Below the pieces are notes generated by a model. It was given only the letters and a program-made list of their open reading frames with translations, was not told the DNA's origin and did no database searches. Below are positions 10,263 through 20,137 of a stretch of 64,000 bases of DNA, in pieces (the stretch's first letter is position 1; the number at the start of each line of letters is the position of its first letter). Origin of the DNA: an uncultured Planctomycetota bacterium (GTDB lineage: Bacteria; Planctomycetota; Planctomycetia; Pirellulales; Lacipirellulaceae); NCBI GenBank assembly GCA_963719315.1, contig CAVRBU010000001.1, positions 64,001 to 128,000 of the forward strand, written 5' to 3'. A program made the translations under genes and the position numbers.

Positions 10263-11714
10263 TCAGATTAAATCCAAAACACTCGTGCGAGAGTTGAATT
10301 CTTCGATTTGGCCATCCCATTCTTCGACCTGCCCGAATTGTTGTTCCCAGAATTCGGGCTTCCACAGTTCGCGGAGTTCGTCGGCGGTGCGGCCTTGTTG
10401 TTCGACCCAGGTGAAGTATTTGAAGTTGTGCAGCGCTTTGCGATCGAAATAGGTCAGCTCGCGGACGTGGTCCGTTACGATCCCGTCCACATAGCGCGCC
10501 TGGTCGTAGGCCGCACGCTCAGCAGTATACGCGCCGTGCTCGGCCGCAAGTTCCTCCAGCCGGCTGCCATACAAACCGGCCGAGTCGGTGAGGCAGGTGA
10601 AGATCACGTCATGACTATCCATGTCGTAATACTTTGCCGTTTTGATCGCCGCTACCAAATTGCAGATGCCCGATATCCCCAGCAGCGATAACTGTTGGAG
10701 GAGTTGGTCCGAAACGCGGTGGTTGAGCAATGTCTGGCCGGCCGGGTCGTTGAACAACCGAAACAGCGCCAGGCATTGCTCATCATCGATCGCCGCCACC
10801 ATGTCCGTATTGCGGACGTTGTGAATCCAAGGAATGTGCTTGTCGCCGATCCCTTCAATTCGATGCCCACCGAACCCCAGTTGGTACAACGTCGGGCACT
10901 GCAGCGCTTCGGTCGCCACGACGCGAAGCTGCGGATGCACCGTCCGCAAGTAATCGCCGGCCGCGATCGTGCCGGCGCTGCCGGTAGCCGAAACGTAACC
11001 GCTCAGGCGCGAGCCGCCGCCGATCCAATTGAAAATCTCTTCGATCGTTTTACCAGTCACGTGGTAATGCCACGCCGCGTTGCCGAACTCCTCGAACTGG
11101 TTGAAGATCACGCAATCGGGCCGCGTACGGCGAATCTCCCAGCACTTGTCGTAGATTTCCTTGACGTTCGATTCGCAGCCCGGCGTCGGGATCACTTCTG
11201 CGCCAATATCCTTTAGCCACGCAAACCGCTCGCGACTCATCTCCTCGGGCAGAATCGCTACGGCCGTGCAACCAAAGAGGGCCGAATCAAACGCACCGCC
11301 GCGGCAAAAATTTCCGGTGCTCGGCCACACGGCCTTGTGCCGCGTAGGGTCGAACTGGCCGCTAACGAGCTTCGGCGCCAGGCATCCGAACGCGGCCCCC
11401 ACTTTGTGCGCGCCCGTGGGAAAGAACTTACCCACCAGGCCGATGATCCGCGTCTCCACGCCGGTCAGCTCCGGCGGGAATTCGATCCAGTTGCCCTGGT
11501 TGTACAACCCGCCGCGCTCGACCGGCTCGTTTTTCCAAGTGATGCGAAACAGGTTGACGGGATCAACGTCCCACAGGCCGACGTCCTTGAGCCGCCGCCG
11601 AATTTTTTCCGGCACGCGGCTTGGATCGCGCATCTGCGCGAACGTCGGCAGCAAAATCCGCCGCTCGCGGAATCGCTCGACCGTCCTCGACAACGTCGCT
11701 TCGTCAACAGCCAT
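10263..11714 (-). CDS. PLP-dependent fold-type II lyase/synthase (cysteine synthase-like superfamily), 483 aa
   Basis: FPTGAHKVG (PLP Lys), WPSTGN, ATGSAGTIAAG, HRIEGIG, GISG. Confidence 0.85.
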   Translation of the reverse strand: MAVDEATLSRTVERFRERRILLPTFAQMRDPSRVPEKIRRRLKDVGLWDVDPVNLFRITWKNEPVERGGLYNQGNWIEFPPELTGVETRIIGLVGKFFPTGAHKVGAAFGCLAPKLVSGQFDPTRHKAVWPSTGNFCRGGAFDSALFGCTAVAILPEEMSRERFAWLKDIGAEVIPTPGCESNVKEIYDKCWEIRRTRPDCVIFNQFEEFGNAAWHYHVTGKTIEEIFNWIGGGSRLSGYVSATGSAGTIAAGDYLRTVHPQLRVVATEALQCPTLYQLGFGGHRIEGIGDKHIPWIHNVRNTDMVAAIDDEQCLALFRLFNDPAGQTLLNHRVSDQLLQQLSLLGISGICNLVAAIKTAKYYDMDSHDVIFTCLTDSAGLYGSRLEELAAEHGAYTAERAAYDQARYVDGIVTDHVRELTYFDRKALHNFKYFTWVEQQGRTADELRELWKPEFWEQQFGQVEEWDGQIEEFNSRTSVLDLI

Positions 11715-11745
11715 CTAAAAAGCTTTCAATAGCCTAAAGAGCAGA

Positions 11746-13011
11746 TCATGTTTTGATCCGCTTGATCTTCAGCGGCTTTCCATTCCCGCGCCCCGCCGCT
11801 AGTTCACAATATGCCGGGCCGAACCCCGCGTAGAACGCCGCGCAGTTCACCAGTTGCTCGATTGGCACGGAATCATTCACCGTGTGGGCCACGCTCTCGG
11901 CCGCCGGGCCGAAGCCCACGCAAGGGATGCCGAACATGCCATCGATCGACACGGCGTTCGTGCTGAACGTCCAGCGATGCACAGTCGGCGGCTTCGCCAG
12001 CACTTCGTGGTGCGCCTTGATCGCCGCCTGCACGGCCAGCGAGTCTTCCGCCTCGCACCACATCGGGAAGTATTTTTCGGTTTCGTAAACGAGTCCCGTG
12101 TAACTGGGCCGCGCGTATCGCAGCACTTCGACTTTGGCCTCGACGCCGGCCCGCTTTACGGCATCCTTCACTTCGGTGACGGCCGACTTCTTCGTGTCAC
12201 CGACCGTCAGTCGCCGATCGAGATGGATGTATGCCTGCCCCGGCACCGCGCACAAACTCGGGGTCTTGCAATCGATGTAGCTGACCGTGATCGTGCCCTT
12301 GCCCAGGAACTCGTCACCCTTTAGCCGCTCGTGAAGTGCTTCGATTTCGCGCACGATCTTGGCGATTTTGTAGACCGCGTTGTCGCCCTTCTCCGGCATC
12401 GACCCGTGGCACGACTTGCCCAGGCACGTGACGCCGATCTCCATCCGTCCGCGCTGCCCGCGCAGTATCTTGCAATCCGTCGAGTCGGTCACCACCACGA
12501 CATCGGGCCGAATCTTGTCCTCCTGTACGATGTATTGCCAACACAACCCGTCGCAATCCTCTTCCATCACGGTGAACGTCGTAAGCAACGAGAACTCCGA
12601 CATATCGACCTTGAGATCGCGCAGAAGTTTCGCCGCGTAGACCATCGCCGGGATGGCCCCCTCCTGGTCCCCTGCCCCGCGACCCCACACTTTGCCGTCT
12701 GCAATTTTGCCTTTGTACGGATCGTGTTTCCACTCCGCGCGATTGCCGACGCCGACCGTATCCACGTGAGCATCAATCGCGATCAGCTTTTTCCCCTTGC
12801 CCGGCTTGCCGACTTGCCCCAACAAGTTGCCCAGACCGTCAACCCAAATCCTATCGAACGCCCCGGTCGCCTCCATTTCCTGTTTGATTCTCGCGATGAC
12901 AGGCCCTTCCTCCGCCGATTCGGAGGGAATCGCCACCAGCTCGCGCAGGAAGCGGACCATCGGTTTCTCATATTTGCGGGCAGCATCGAGGAAGGCTTTT
13001 TTGTGGCTCAT
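11746..13011 (-). CDS. ygeY: YgeY-family M20 hydrolase
   Basis: DAHVDTVG, WGRGAGDQEG, TVMEEDCDGLCWQY, GQRGRMEI, SCHGS.P.KGDNA, WTFSTN, AHT. Confidence 0.9.
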   Translation of the reverse strand: MSHKKAFLDAARKYEKPMVRFLRELVAIPSESAEEGPVIARIKQEMEATGAFDRIWVDGLGNLLGQVGKPGKGKKLIAIDAHVDTVGVGNRAEWKHDPYKGKIADGKVWGRGAGDQEGAIPAMVYAAKLLRDLKVDMSEFSLLTTFTVMEEDCDGLCWQYIVQEDKIRPDVVVVTDSTDCKILRGQRGRMEIGVTCLGKSCHGSMPEKGDNAVYKIAKIVREIEALHERLKGDEFLGKGTITVSYIDCKTPSLCAVPGQAYIHLDRRLTVGDTKKSAVTEVKDAVKRAGVEAKVEVLRYARPSYTGLVYETEKYFPMWCEAEDSLAVQAAIKAHHEVLAKPPTVHRWTFSTNAVSIDGMFGIPCVGFGPAAESVAHTVNDSVPIEQLVNCAAFYAGFGPAYCELAAGRGNGKPLKIKRIKT

Positions 13012-13019
13012 AGATCGGC

Positions 13020-13084
13020 GTAGCGGAATACGCCAGTATTCCGAATAGATCGAGTAGCGGCTGAAGTCTTGCGACTTCCGCTAC
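13020..13084. repeat. GTAG-type REP doublet (same family at 22228-22290 and 42266-42289)
   Basis: gtagcggaatacgccagtattccg ... cggctgaagtcttgcgacttccgctac. Confidence 0.75.
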
Positions 13085-13210
13085 CACAATGAATAACTCT
13101 TGAAAGTCCGCAAATTCTATGCGAAAATCAGGGGCGGTGGAAGGAGAGCCTGGGCCGGCCGACGGTATCTATCAGGCATGAGTTGGCCACCACGTCCGAA
13201 GCGGCGACCC

Positions 13211-13292
13211 GCGTTGTGCGCGGGTCTCCTGACCCCGCACCGAATGGACCTCCGGTCGTTCGGAGTGGCGCAATCAGGAGACCGGCCACGAC
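13211..13292. repeat. palindromic REP-like element upstream of xdh
   Basis: cgttgtgcgcgggtctcctga ... tcaggagaccggccacgacg inverted ends. Confidence 0.6.
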
Positions 13293-13342
13293 GGGAAATC
13301 GACCTGCTTCGGTTTCCTCTACTCCCCACGAGGCCAACTGCC

Positions 13343-16078
13343 ATGGCGGCGACAACCGAACCGACTGCTGCAATGCGTCTGCTTTCGTGCCAGGTCAACG
13401 GCGAGCAGATTCAACTCGACCTGCCCGACGAAGACCTCACGCTCCTCGACGTGCTCCGCGATTGTCTCGGCATCACGTCGCCCAAGAACGGCTGCCAACC
13501 CCAGGCCCAATGCGGCTGCTGCACCGTGCTGATGGATGGCAAACCGATTCTCGCCTGCGCCATCGCGCCCGCGAAGGCCGAAGGCAAATCGATCACCACG
13601 CTGGAAGGCCTCGACGAAGAGCATCGCCAGCAGATCGCCGACTCATTCGTTCGTTGCGGAGGCGTTCAATGTGGCTTCTGCATCCCCGGCATGGCGATGC
13701 GGGGCGTCGGCCTGTGCGACAAAAACCCCACGCCCAGCCGCGATGAAATCGCCGCCGCCCTCAAGCCGCACCTTTGCCGCTGCACTGGCTACACGCAGAT
13801 CGTAGATAGCATTGACCAATACGCGAAGCTCCGCCGCGGCGAGGCACTGCCGGAACTCTCTGCCGCCGATCGCTCGGGCCGCGTCGGCACCGATCTGCCG
13901 CGTTACACCGGTCACGACGCCGTCCTCGGTGACCGCAAATTCATCGACGACATGACCGTGCCCAACATGCTCTACGGCGCGGTGCGGCTCACCGATCACC
14001 CGCGGGCTAAGGTGCTGCGAATCGACGCCACCCGAGCCCTTGCGCTGGACGGTGTCCACCGTGTTGTCACCGCCGCCGACGTGCCCGGCAATCGTTACGT
14101 CGGCCTGATTGAAAGCGACTGGCCCGTGTTCGTCGCAATCGGCGAAGAAACCCGCTGCAGCGGCGACATCATCGCCGGCGTCGTCGCCGATACGCAACGC
14201 CTTGCCCGCCAGGCGGCCGAACTGATCGATATCGAATACGAAGGGCTGGAACCCGTCACCGATCCGCACGCCGCGCTCGCCCCCGACGCCCCGCTCGTCC
14301 ACCCGAAACGCGGCACGAATCTGCTCAGCAAGTCGTCGCTCAAGCGCGGCGACATCGAAGCCGGCTTCCGCCGCGCCGCCCATATTATTGAAGACACGTA
14401 TTACACGCAACGCATCGAGCATCTGTTCCTAGAGCCCGAGGCGTGCATCGCGATTCCAAGATCGGGGAGTGGGGAGTGGGGAGTGGGGAGTGGGGATTCC
14501 AACGGACAATCCGCAATCCGCAATCCGCAATCCGAAATCGAATCCATCTTCATCTACACCCAAGGCCAAGGCGTCTTCGACGACCAGCGCCAAATCGCCG
14601 CCGTCCTCGGCGTCGATCGCGATCGCGTGCAAACCGAGCTCGTCAGCAATGGCGGCGCGTTCGGTGGCAAAGAGGATATGTCGATCCAGGCCCAGACGGC
14701 GCTCATGGCCTGGCTTGTCGGCCGTCCGGTGAAACTCACGCTCACGCGGCTCGAAAGCTTCCAGATTCACCCCAAGCGGCACCCGATCGAACTCAAATAC
14801 AAAATCGGGTGCGATGCCGAAGGCCGCATCACCGCCGTGCAGGCTCGCATCGTCGGCGATAAGGGGGCGTATGCCTCGGTCGGCGCAAAAGTGCTGGAGC
14901 GTGCCGGCGGCCATTGCACCGGCCCCTACCGCGTGCCGGCCATCGATATGGAATCGCTCGCCGTTTACACGAACAACCCACCCTGCGGCGCGATGCGCGG
15001 CTTCGGCGCCAACCAGTCCGCCTTCGCCATCGAAGGCTTGCTCGATCGCCTCGCCGAAAAGGTCGGCATCGATGGCTATGACATCCGCGATCGCAACATC
15101 CTTGAACCCGGCGAAGCCTTTGCCACCGGCCAGTTGCTCGACAAACCGTTCGGCCTCCGCAAAACGCTGGAAGCCTGCAAGGCCGCCTACAAATCGGCCA
15201 AATTCGCCGGCATCGCCTGTGGCATCAAAAACGTCGGCATCGGCAACGGCATGCCCGATATCGGCCGCTCGGCCCTCACCGTCGAAGACGATCACACGAT
15301 CCACATCCGCACCGGCTTCACCGAAATGGGCCAGGGCCTGTTCACGATCTGCATCCAGTTCGCCGTCGAAGCCACCGGCCTGCCGACCGATGTGTTCAGC
15401 AAGGTTTCGGCCGACACTAAGTTGCAGCTCGATTGTGGCCAGACCACTGCCAGCCGCGCCACCGTGCTCGCTGGCAACTCGATCGCCGAGGCCGGCAAAG
15501 CCTTGCGGGCGGAACTCGACCGCGGCAAAACGCTCGCCGACCTCGTCGGGCAAACTTTTCAGGGCGAGTGGAGTTGCACGTATACCTCGAAGCTCGGCAA
15601 GGACCTCGACAAGCCCGGCGGCCCGAAAACGCATCTCACCTACGGCTTCGCCACGCAGGTTGCCATCCTCGACGACGATGGCCGACTCACTAAAATGGTT
15701 GCCGCCCACGACGTTGGTCGCGTCATCAACCCCACGCAGCTCGCCGGCCAGATGTACGGCTCGCTCCACATGGGCATCGGCTACGGCCTCACCGAGGACT
15801 TTGAATCCGAGCGGGGCGAAATCCTTGCCAAGAAAATGAACGACTGCGGCGTGCTCCGCGCGCATCAAATGCCTGAGATGGAGCTGATCTTCGTCGAGGA
15901 AGAAGACCCCGAGTGCCCGTTCGGCGCCCGCGGCGTCGGCGAGATAGGCCTCGTGCCCACCGCGCCGTGCATTGCCGGCGCGCTCTACAAATACGACGGC
16001 GTCATCCGCACGCGGCTGCCGATGCGCGATTCCCCCGCGGCCCAAGCCATCACCAAGCCCAATGTCCGCCGTAAGTAA
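13343..16078 (+). CDS. xdh: xanthine dehydrogenase-family molybdoenzyme, fused 2x[2Fe-2S] + molybdopterin-binding subunit (selenium-dependent Xdh type)
   Basis: KNGCQPQAQCGCCT, QCGFCIPG, LCRCTGY, GGAFGGK, AMRGFG, EMGQG, TTASR, GARGVGE. Confidence 0.9.
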   Translation: MAATTEPTAAMRLLSCQVNGEQIQLDLPDEDLTLLDVLRDCLGITSPKNGCQPQAQCGCCTVLMDGKPILACAIAPAKAEGKSITTLEGLDEEHRQQIADSFVRCGGVQCGFCIPGMAMRGVGLCDKNPTPSRDEIAAALKPHLCRCTGYTQIVDSIDQYAKLRRGEALPELSAADRSGRVGTDLPRYTGHDAVLGDRKFIDDMTVPNMLYGAVRLTDHPRAKVLRIDATRALALDGVHRVVTAADVPGNRYVGLIESDWPVFVAIGEETRCSGDIIAGVVADTQRLARQAAELIDIEYEGLEPVTDPHAALAPDAPLVHPKRGTNLLSKSSLKRGDIEAGFRRAAHIIEDTYYTQRIEHLFLEPEACIAIPRSGSGEWGVGSGDSNGQSAIRNPQSEIESIFIYTQGQGVFDDQRQIAAVLGVDRDRVQTELVSNGGAFGGKEDMSIQAQTALMAWLVGRPVKLTLTRLESFQIHPKRHPIELKYKIGCDAEGRITAVQARIVGDKGAYASVGAKVLERAGGHCTGPYRVPAIDMESLAVYTNNPPCGAMRGFGANQSAFAIEGLLDRLAEKVGIDGYDIRDRNILEPGEAFATGQLLDKPFGLRKTLEACKAAYKSAKFAGIACGIKNVGIGNGMPDIGRSALTVEDDHTIHIRTGFTEMGQGLFTICIQFAVEATGLPTDVFSKVSADTKLQLDCGQTTASRATVLAGNSIAEAGKALRAELDRGKTLADLVGQTFQGEWSCTYTSKLGKDLDKPGGPKTHLTYGFATQVAILDDDGRLTKMVAAHDVGRVINPTQLAGQMYGSLHMGIGYGLTEDFESERGEILAKKMNDCGVLRAHQMPEMELIFVEEEDPECPFGARGVGEIGLVPTAPCIAGALYKYDGVIRTRLPMRDSPAAQAITKPNVRRK
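14464..14540. repeat. two heptamer arrays inside the xdh CDS: (GGGGAGT)4 + (CAATCCG)4
   Basis: Translated in frame as GSGEWGVGSG...QSAIRNPQSEI. Confidence 0.9.
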
Positions 16079-16787
16079 TTCACTCCCTCTCCCTCCGGGA
16101 GAGGGCCGGGGTGAGGGTGCATTGTCGGCAACCGCGGCGCCCTCACCCTGCCCTCTCTTAAAGGGAGAGGGTTCTAGTAATTACCGCATCGGTGTCCTAC
16201 TTGCTGCCGGCCGCGGCGGACGCATGGGCGGCACCAAGCAACTCAAGACTTGGCTATTCGCCGACGGCCCCAAGCCGCTCATCAGCGCCGCCTACGACAC
16301 CATCCGTCCGATCTGTGACGAGATGATCGTCGTGCTGGGCCACGAAGCCGAAGCCGTCGCCGGCGCCCTCGGCGATCGCCCCTTCCACCGAGCCGAAAGC
16401 ACGCCCGACCGCCCCATGTTCGAATCTATCCGCGTCGGCCTCCGCGCCGCCCGCCTCCTCGACGCTAGCGCCACCATCGTCCTCCACCCCGGCGACCACC
16501 CCGAAGTCGCCCCTTCCACCCTCCGCGCACTGGCCGACCGGTCGCTTCAGCGGCCAGAAGTCGCCATCATTCCCGAGCACAATGCCCGTGGAGGTCACCC
16601 CGTTTTCATACCTCCCGCCGTCGCCGCCCTGATCCTCGCAGCCGATTGCCCCCACGGCCTCGCCCAATTCTGGCTCGATAATCAGGAACTCTGCTGCCGC
16701 CTCGCCGTCAACGACCCCAGCATCCTCCACGACATCGACACCCCCACCGACCTCGCCGCCTATAAACCGCCCTCCAATTCGTGTTAG
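16062..16787 (+). CDS. mocA: molybdenum cofactor cytidylyltransferase (MocA/YgfJ-like NTP transferase); start uncertain
   Basis: GVLLAAGRGGRMGGTKQL, MFESIRVG, PGDHP, GGHPV, DIDTPTD, directly downstream of xdh. Confidence 0.8.
   Translation: MSAVSNSLPLPPGEGRGEGALSATAAPSPCPLLKGEGSSNYRIGVLLAAGRGGRMGGTKQLKTWLFADGPKPLISAAYDTIRPICDEMIVVLGHEAEAVAGALGDRPFHRAESTPDRPMFESIRVGLRAARLLDASATIVLHPGDHPEVAPSTLRALADRSLQRPEVAIIPEHNARGGHPVFIPPAVAALILAADCPHGLAQFWLDNQELCCRLAVNDPSILHDIDTPTDLAAYKPPSNSC
16083..16171. repeat. CCCTCTCCC...GGGAGAGGG palindromic doublet at the 5' end of mocA
   Basis: ctccctctccctccgggagagggccggggtgaggg ... ccctcaccctgccctctcttaaagggagaggg. A single related arm occurs near 53915-53933. 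Confidence 0.85.
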
Positions 16788-16805
16788 TATGGAAGCTCCC
16801 ATTTG

Positions 16806-16902
<97 letters not shown>

Positions 16903-16903
16903 C

Positions 16904-17629
16904 ATGCCCCCCGCCCCCGCCCGGCCCGCCAAAGACATCGACCGTCCGCCGTTCATGGTCAAGCTCGGCCTGATGCCGCCGTACATGCACGAGGACATCG
17001 AAAAGGCCTACCTTGCGAAGATCAAGGATATTCGCCCCGACCTCGGCGGCGATCCGCAGCCGTTCTACGACGTGCAAAACGCCTACATGCAAGCCAAGGA
17101 GTATCTGAAATTCCGCGGCGATCGGCGCGGCTGGATCGCCAAACGCATGGACGAGTATCTCGCCGTGCAGGAGGTTAGCGATCAGCTCAAGGCGTTCGGC
17201 GCCGAAACCGAAACCAACTTCCTCGATTGGCTGCAAAAGTCCTTCGGCGAGTTCGCGGAGCTCACGGAAAAAATTCTTGCCATCCGATTCAACAACGCGG
17301 CGAACGGCGACGAGTTCATCGAGTATCTCGTCAACCATCGCGAACAACTACTGGAGCTGGAACGCCTCAATCTGGCCGGCTGCAAAGTCTCCGACGGCGC
17401 CGTTCGCCAACTCAGCGTCTTTCGCCGCTTGCAAGAGCTCAACCTCAGCCGCACGCCGATCACCTGGCAATCGATGCACATCGTCGAATGGCTGCCCGAA
17501 TTGCACGTCGTCCAAGTTGAAGGCACGGGCCTCAACTGGTTCACGCGGCGAAAGCTGGCAACGCAACTCCGCCAAAAGCGCAAAGCGGCCCAAGCACTGC
17601 GAGCCATCCATCCGACGACCGTACGCTAA
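16904..17629 (+). CDS. J-domain-like (RPD instead of HPD) + leucine-rich-repeat protein
   Basis: LGL...EDIEKAY...IRPDLGGD...F..VQNAY; LRR units LERLNLAGCKVSD, LQELNLSRTPIT. Confidence 0.7.
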   Translation: MPPAPARPAKDIDRPPFMVKLGLMPPYMHEDIEKAYLAKIKDIRPDLGGDPQPFYDVQNAYMQAKEYLKFRGDRRGWIAKRMDEYLAVQEVSDQLKAFGAETETNFLDWLQKSFGEFAELTEKILAIRFNNAANGDEFIEYLVNHREQLLELERLNLAGCKVSDGAVRQLSVFRRLQELNLSRTPITWQSMHIVEWLPELHVVQVEGTGLNWFTRRKLATQLRQKRKAAQALRAIHPTTVR

Positions 17630-18773
17630 AGTTGCTGTACCCCAACGTGCCTCGTAGTCCTCAGCAGGCTTGTCGTGGCCACCCGAATGAGCTATAAATA
17701 GCGCCTCATGCTTGGAGAGGTAGCGATGCGTTTGCTGCTAATAATTCTGTCGACGCTACTGGCTACGACTGCCTTCCATGCCAATTCTGTGGCTCAGCCG
17801 TGGCCGCTCCTTACAAGAAGCGATACATTCGACCTGATTCCCTGGTCGCCATTAACAGTTCCGATTGTTGAAACTCCGTTCGAAGCTACGCCACCGGTAC
17901 CCCCCATTGCTCCGCACCAGCGGGCGACACTTACTGGTGATTCCGCCGCCCTCGTTGCCGGGAACAACAAGTTTGGGTTGGACATCTACCACCAATTGGC
18001 CGCGGCCAAGCCGAGCGACAACGTGCTCGTCTCGCCATTTAGCATTTCCGCAGCACTGGCAATGACGTATGCCGGTGCTCGCGGCCGCACCGCGCAGCAG
18101 ATGGCCGACGTACTCAACTTTACGTTGCCGGACGATCGACTGCACTCCACATTCGGCTCACTTCTGCGCGATCTGACGGCCAATCGCGATGGCTACCAAC
18201 TGAGTATCGCCAACCGTCTTTTCGGTCAGGCACAATATCCGTTCAATCCTGCGTTTCTCGACTCAGTCGGAAGCAACTACGACGCCCCTCTCGAGCCGAC
18301 TAATTTCATAGGCGATCCTGAAGGCTCCCGCCAAAGAATTAATGGGTGGGTTGAGGATCAGACCCATCACAAGATCAAAAACTTGATGCCTGACGGAAGC
18401 GTCACTTCGGATATGGTGCTCGTTCTCACGAACGCCATGTATTTCAAAGGCTCGTGGAAGAACAAGTTCGACGCGGACTCGACGCACGACGATACGTTTT
18501 TCACGGCCGGAGTTCAGGCAAAGTCCGTTCCCATGATGCGGCAGCAGCACTCGTTCATGTATTCAGAACGCCCGGGCTTTCAAATGTTGGAAATGCCGTA
18601 CGCCGGCGATGACCTGTCGATGGTGGTCATGTTGCCGACCGAGCGAAACGGCCTCGCTGACGTGGAAGCGTCGCTAACTCCGCAAGTGCTTGACGATAGC
18701 TTGGCGTCGCTCTACCCGACTACTGTTAATGTATCGTTTCCGAAATTCACGTTCGACAGCACATTCAAGCTAA

Positions 18774-19739
18774 GAACCCCTAACAAAACCCTTCGGTGAG
18801 TATGTTGAAGCAGATGAGAGATTGAGCCAGAGTCACAAAGGCTTTATGGATATCGGCCCTCCGATCAAATCGCGTTCGCAGCCGCCGGAAATTATTCATC
18901 CAACTGAGCGTACGTTCGGAAACCCAACGATAAATTCCTAGGCCGCTGCCATGTTCCGTATTGCGTTTAGCCAAGTGGGGTTTGATGCCGCGATCGCGGA
19001 GTGCTTGTCGGTGCTTTTCGGAGTCGTACACCCGATCCGCATACACCTCTTCCGGACGCTGTTTCGGCCGGCCCGGTTTGCCCGCCACCGGCTCGATTCC
19101 GTCAATCAACGGGATCAGTTGGGTCACGTCGTGTCGATTGGCGGCGGTGAGAATGAATTTGAGCGGGACGCCGTTCGCATCGGTGACCACATGATGTTTA
19201 CTGCCGGGTTTTCGCCGATCCGTTGGGTTCGGTCCCGTTTTTTCGCCGCCCCCTACAGCACGAACCGTCGCACTATCGACTGCCGCTCGCGACCAATCGA
19301 GTTGATCGGCGCGTGCAGATTCTCCAACAATGTTTGTTTCAACGCCTCCCAGACGCCTGCTTCGTGCCACTCCTGTAACCGTCGCCAGCAGGTCATTCCA
19401 GATCCACATCCCATTTCCAGGGGAAGATATTCCCAAGGAATACCCGTTCGTAAAACAAAAATGATTCCGGTCAAGACTTTGCGATCATCGATCCGCGGTC
19501 GGCCTCCTTTGGGGCTCGGTTCGTGTTCAGGGAGTAAAGGAGACAACATCTCCCACAATTCGTCAGGAACTAATTCTTTAGCCATCGTTGGTCCTCCAGA
19601 TAGTTGGTTTCACTCCAAAGGAATTCTGGGGACAATCAACGCCGTGTCACGACTGCAATTTCAAAAACAAGTTTTACATCTTCCACAACGACTCGAATCA
19701 ATTACTAGCACTGCTAGTAGACAGTATTGTTAGGGGTTC
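18774..19739 (-). mobile_element. IS5-family insertion sequence, 966 bp, 13-bp perfect TIRs, TAA target duplication
   Basis: Left TIR gaacccctaacaa, right TIR ttgttaggggttc, TAA at 18771-18773 and 19740-19742. Confidence 0.95.
18780..19585 (-). CDS. IS5-family DDE transposase, split over two frames near 19310
   Basis: DELWE.LSPLLP..KGGRPR, FVLRTGIPW, TCWRRL; then DWSRAAVDS, TDANG.P, YADR.YD, RWVSERT..W. Confidence 0.9.
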
Positions 19740-20137
19740 TAAGCACCACGTTAGCGGCTATGGGCATGACGGATGCATTCGATCAGAATTTGGCCAACTT
19801 CCGAGGTATAGCGGGCAACGACTTGGTAATTAGTGAAGCGTTTCACAAAACCTTTATCGCAGTCAACGAGGAAGGCACCGAAGCGGCGGCGGCAACAGCG
19901 GTTGGTATTGTGATGACAACCTGCTTGTGCATCCGCCGCAGCCCAAGACGTTTCTTGCCGATCACCCATTTCTATTTGCCCTGCGCGATCTGCATTCGGG
20001 CAGCCTGCTCTTCATCGGTCGTGTTGCCGATCCGAGCAAGTCGTTGATTTCGGCGTCAGCGACCGTACCCGAACCGTCATCGATAGCGATTCTGCTGGTC
20101 GCTCTCGTCGCATCGGTTCGCGTCCGGCACCCGTTCT

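Noticed and set aside
13100..13342. N-terminal extension of xdh, or a Moco riboswitch in this leader
   Set aside because: The extension runs through a REP-like palindrome and is not protein-like, and I could not match the Moco RNA motif
14429..16045. 538-aa antisense ORF and many similar long shadow ORFs
   Set aside because: Expected antisense or alternate-frame ORFs of GC-rich genes, with no recognisable motifs
2758..16787. selenocysteine (TGA) readthrough in the selenium-linked cluster
   Set aside because: No in-frame TGA interrupts a conserved domain. The breaks seen are frameshifts, and Se-dependent Xdh uses a labile Se cofactor rather than Sec.
19253..19436. programmed -1 frameshift in the IS5 transposase
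   Set aside because: The junction (CTG CAC GCG CCG ATC) has no A-rich slippery site, and one added base restores LH-A-ADQLDWS. An indel is more likely, though recoding is not excluded.
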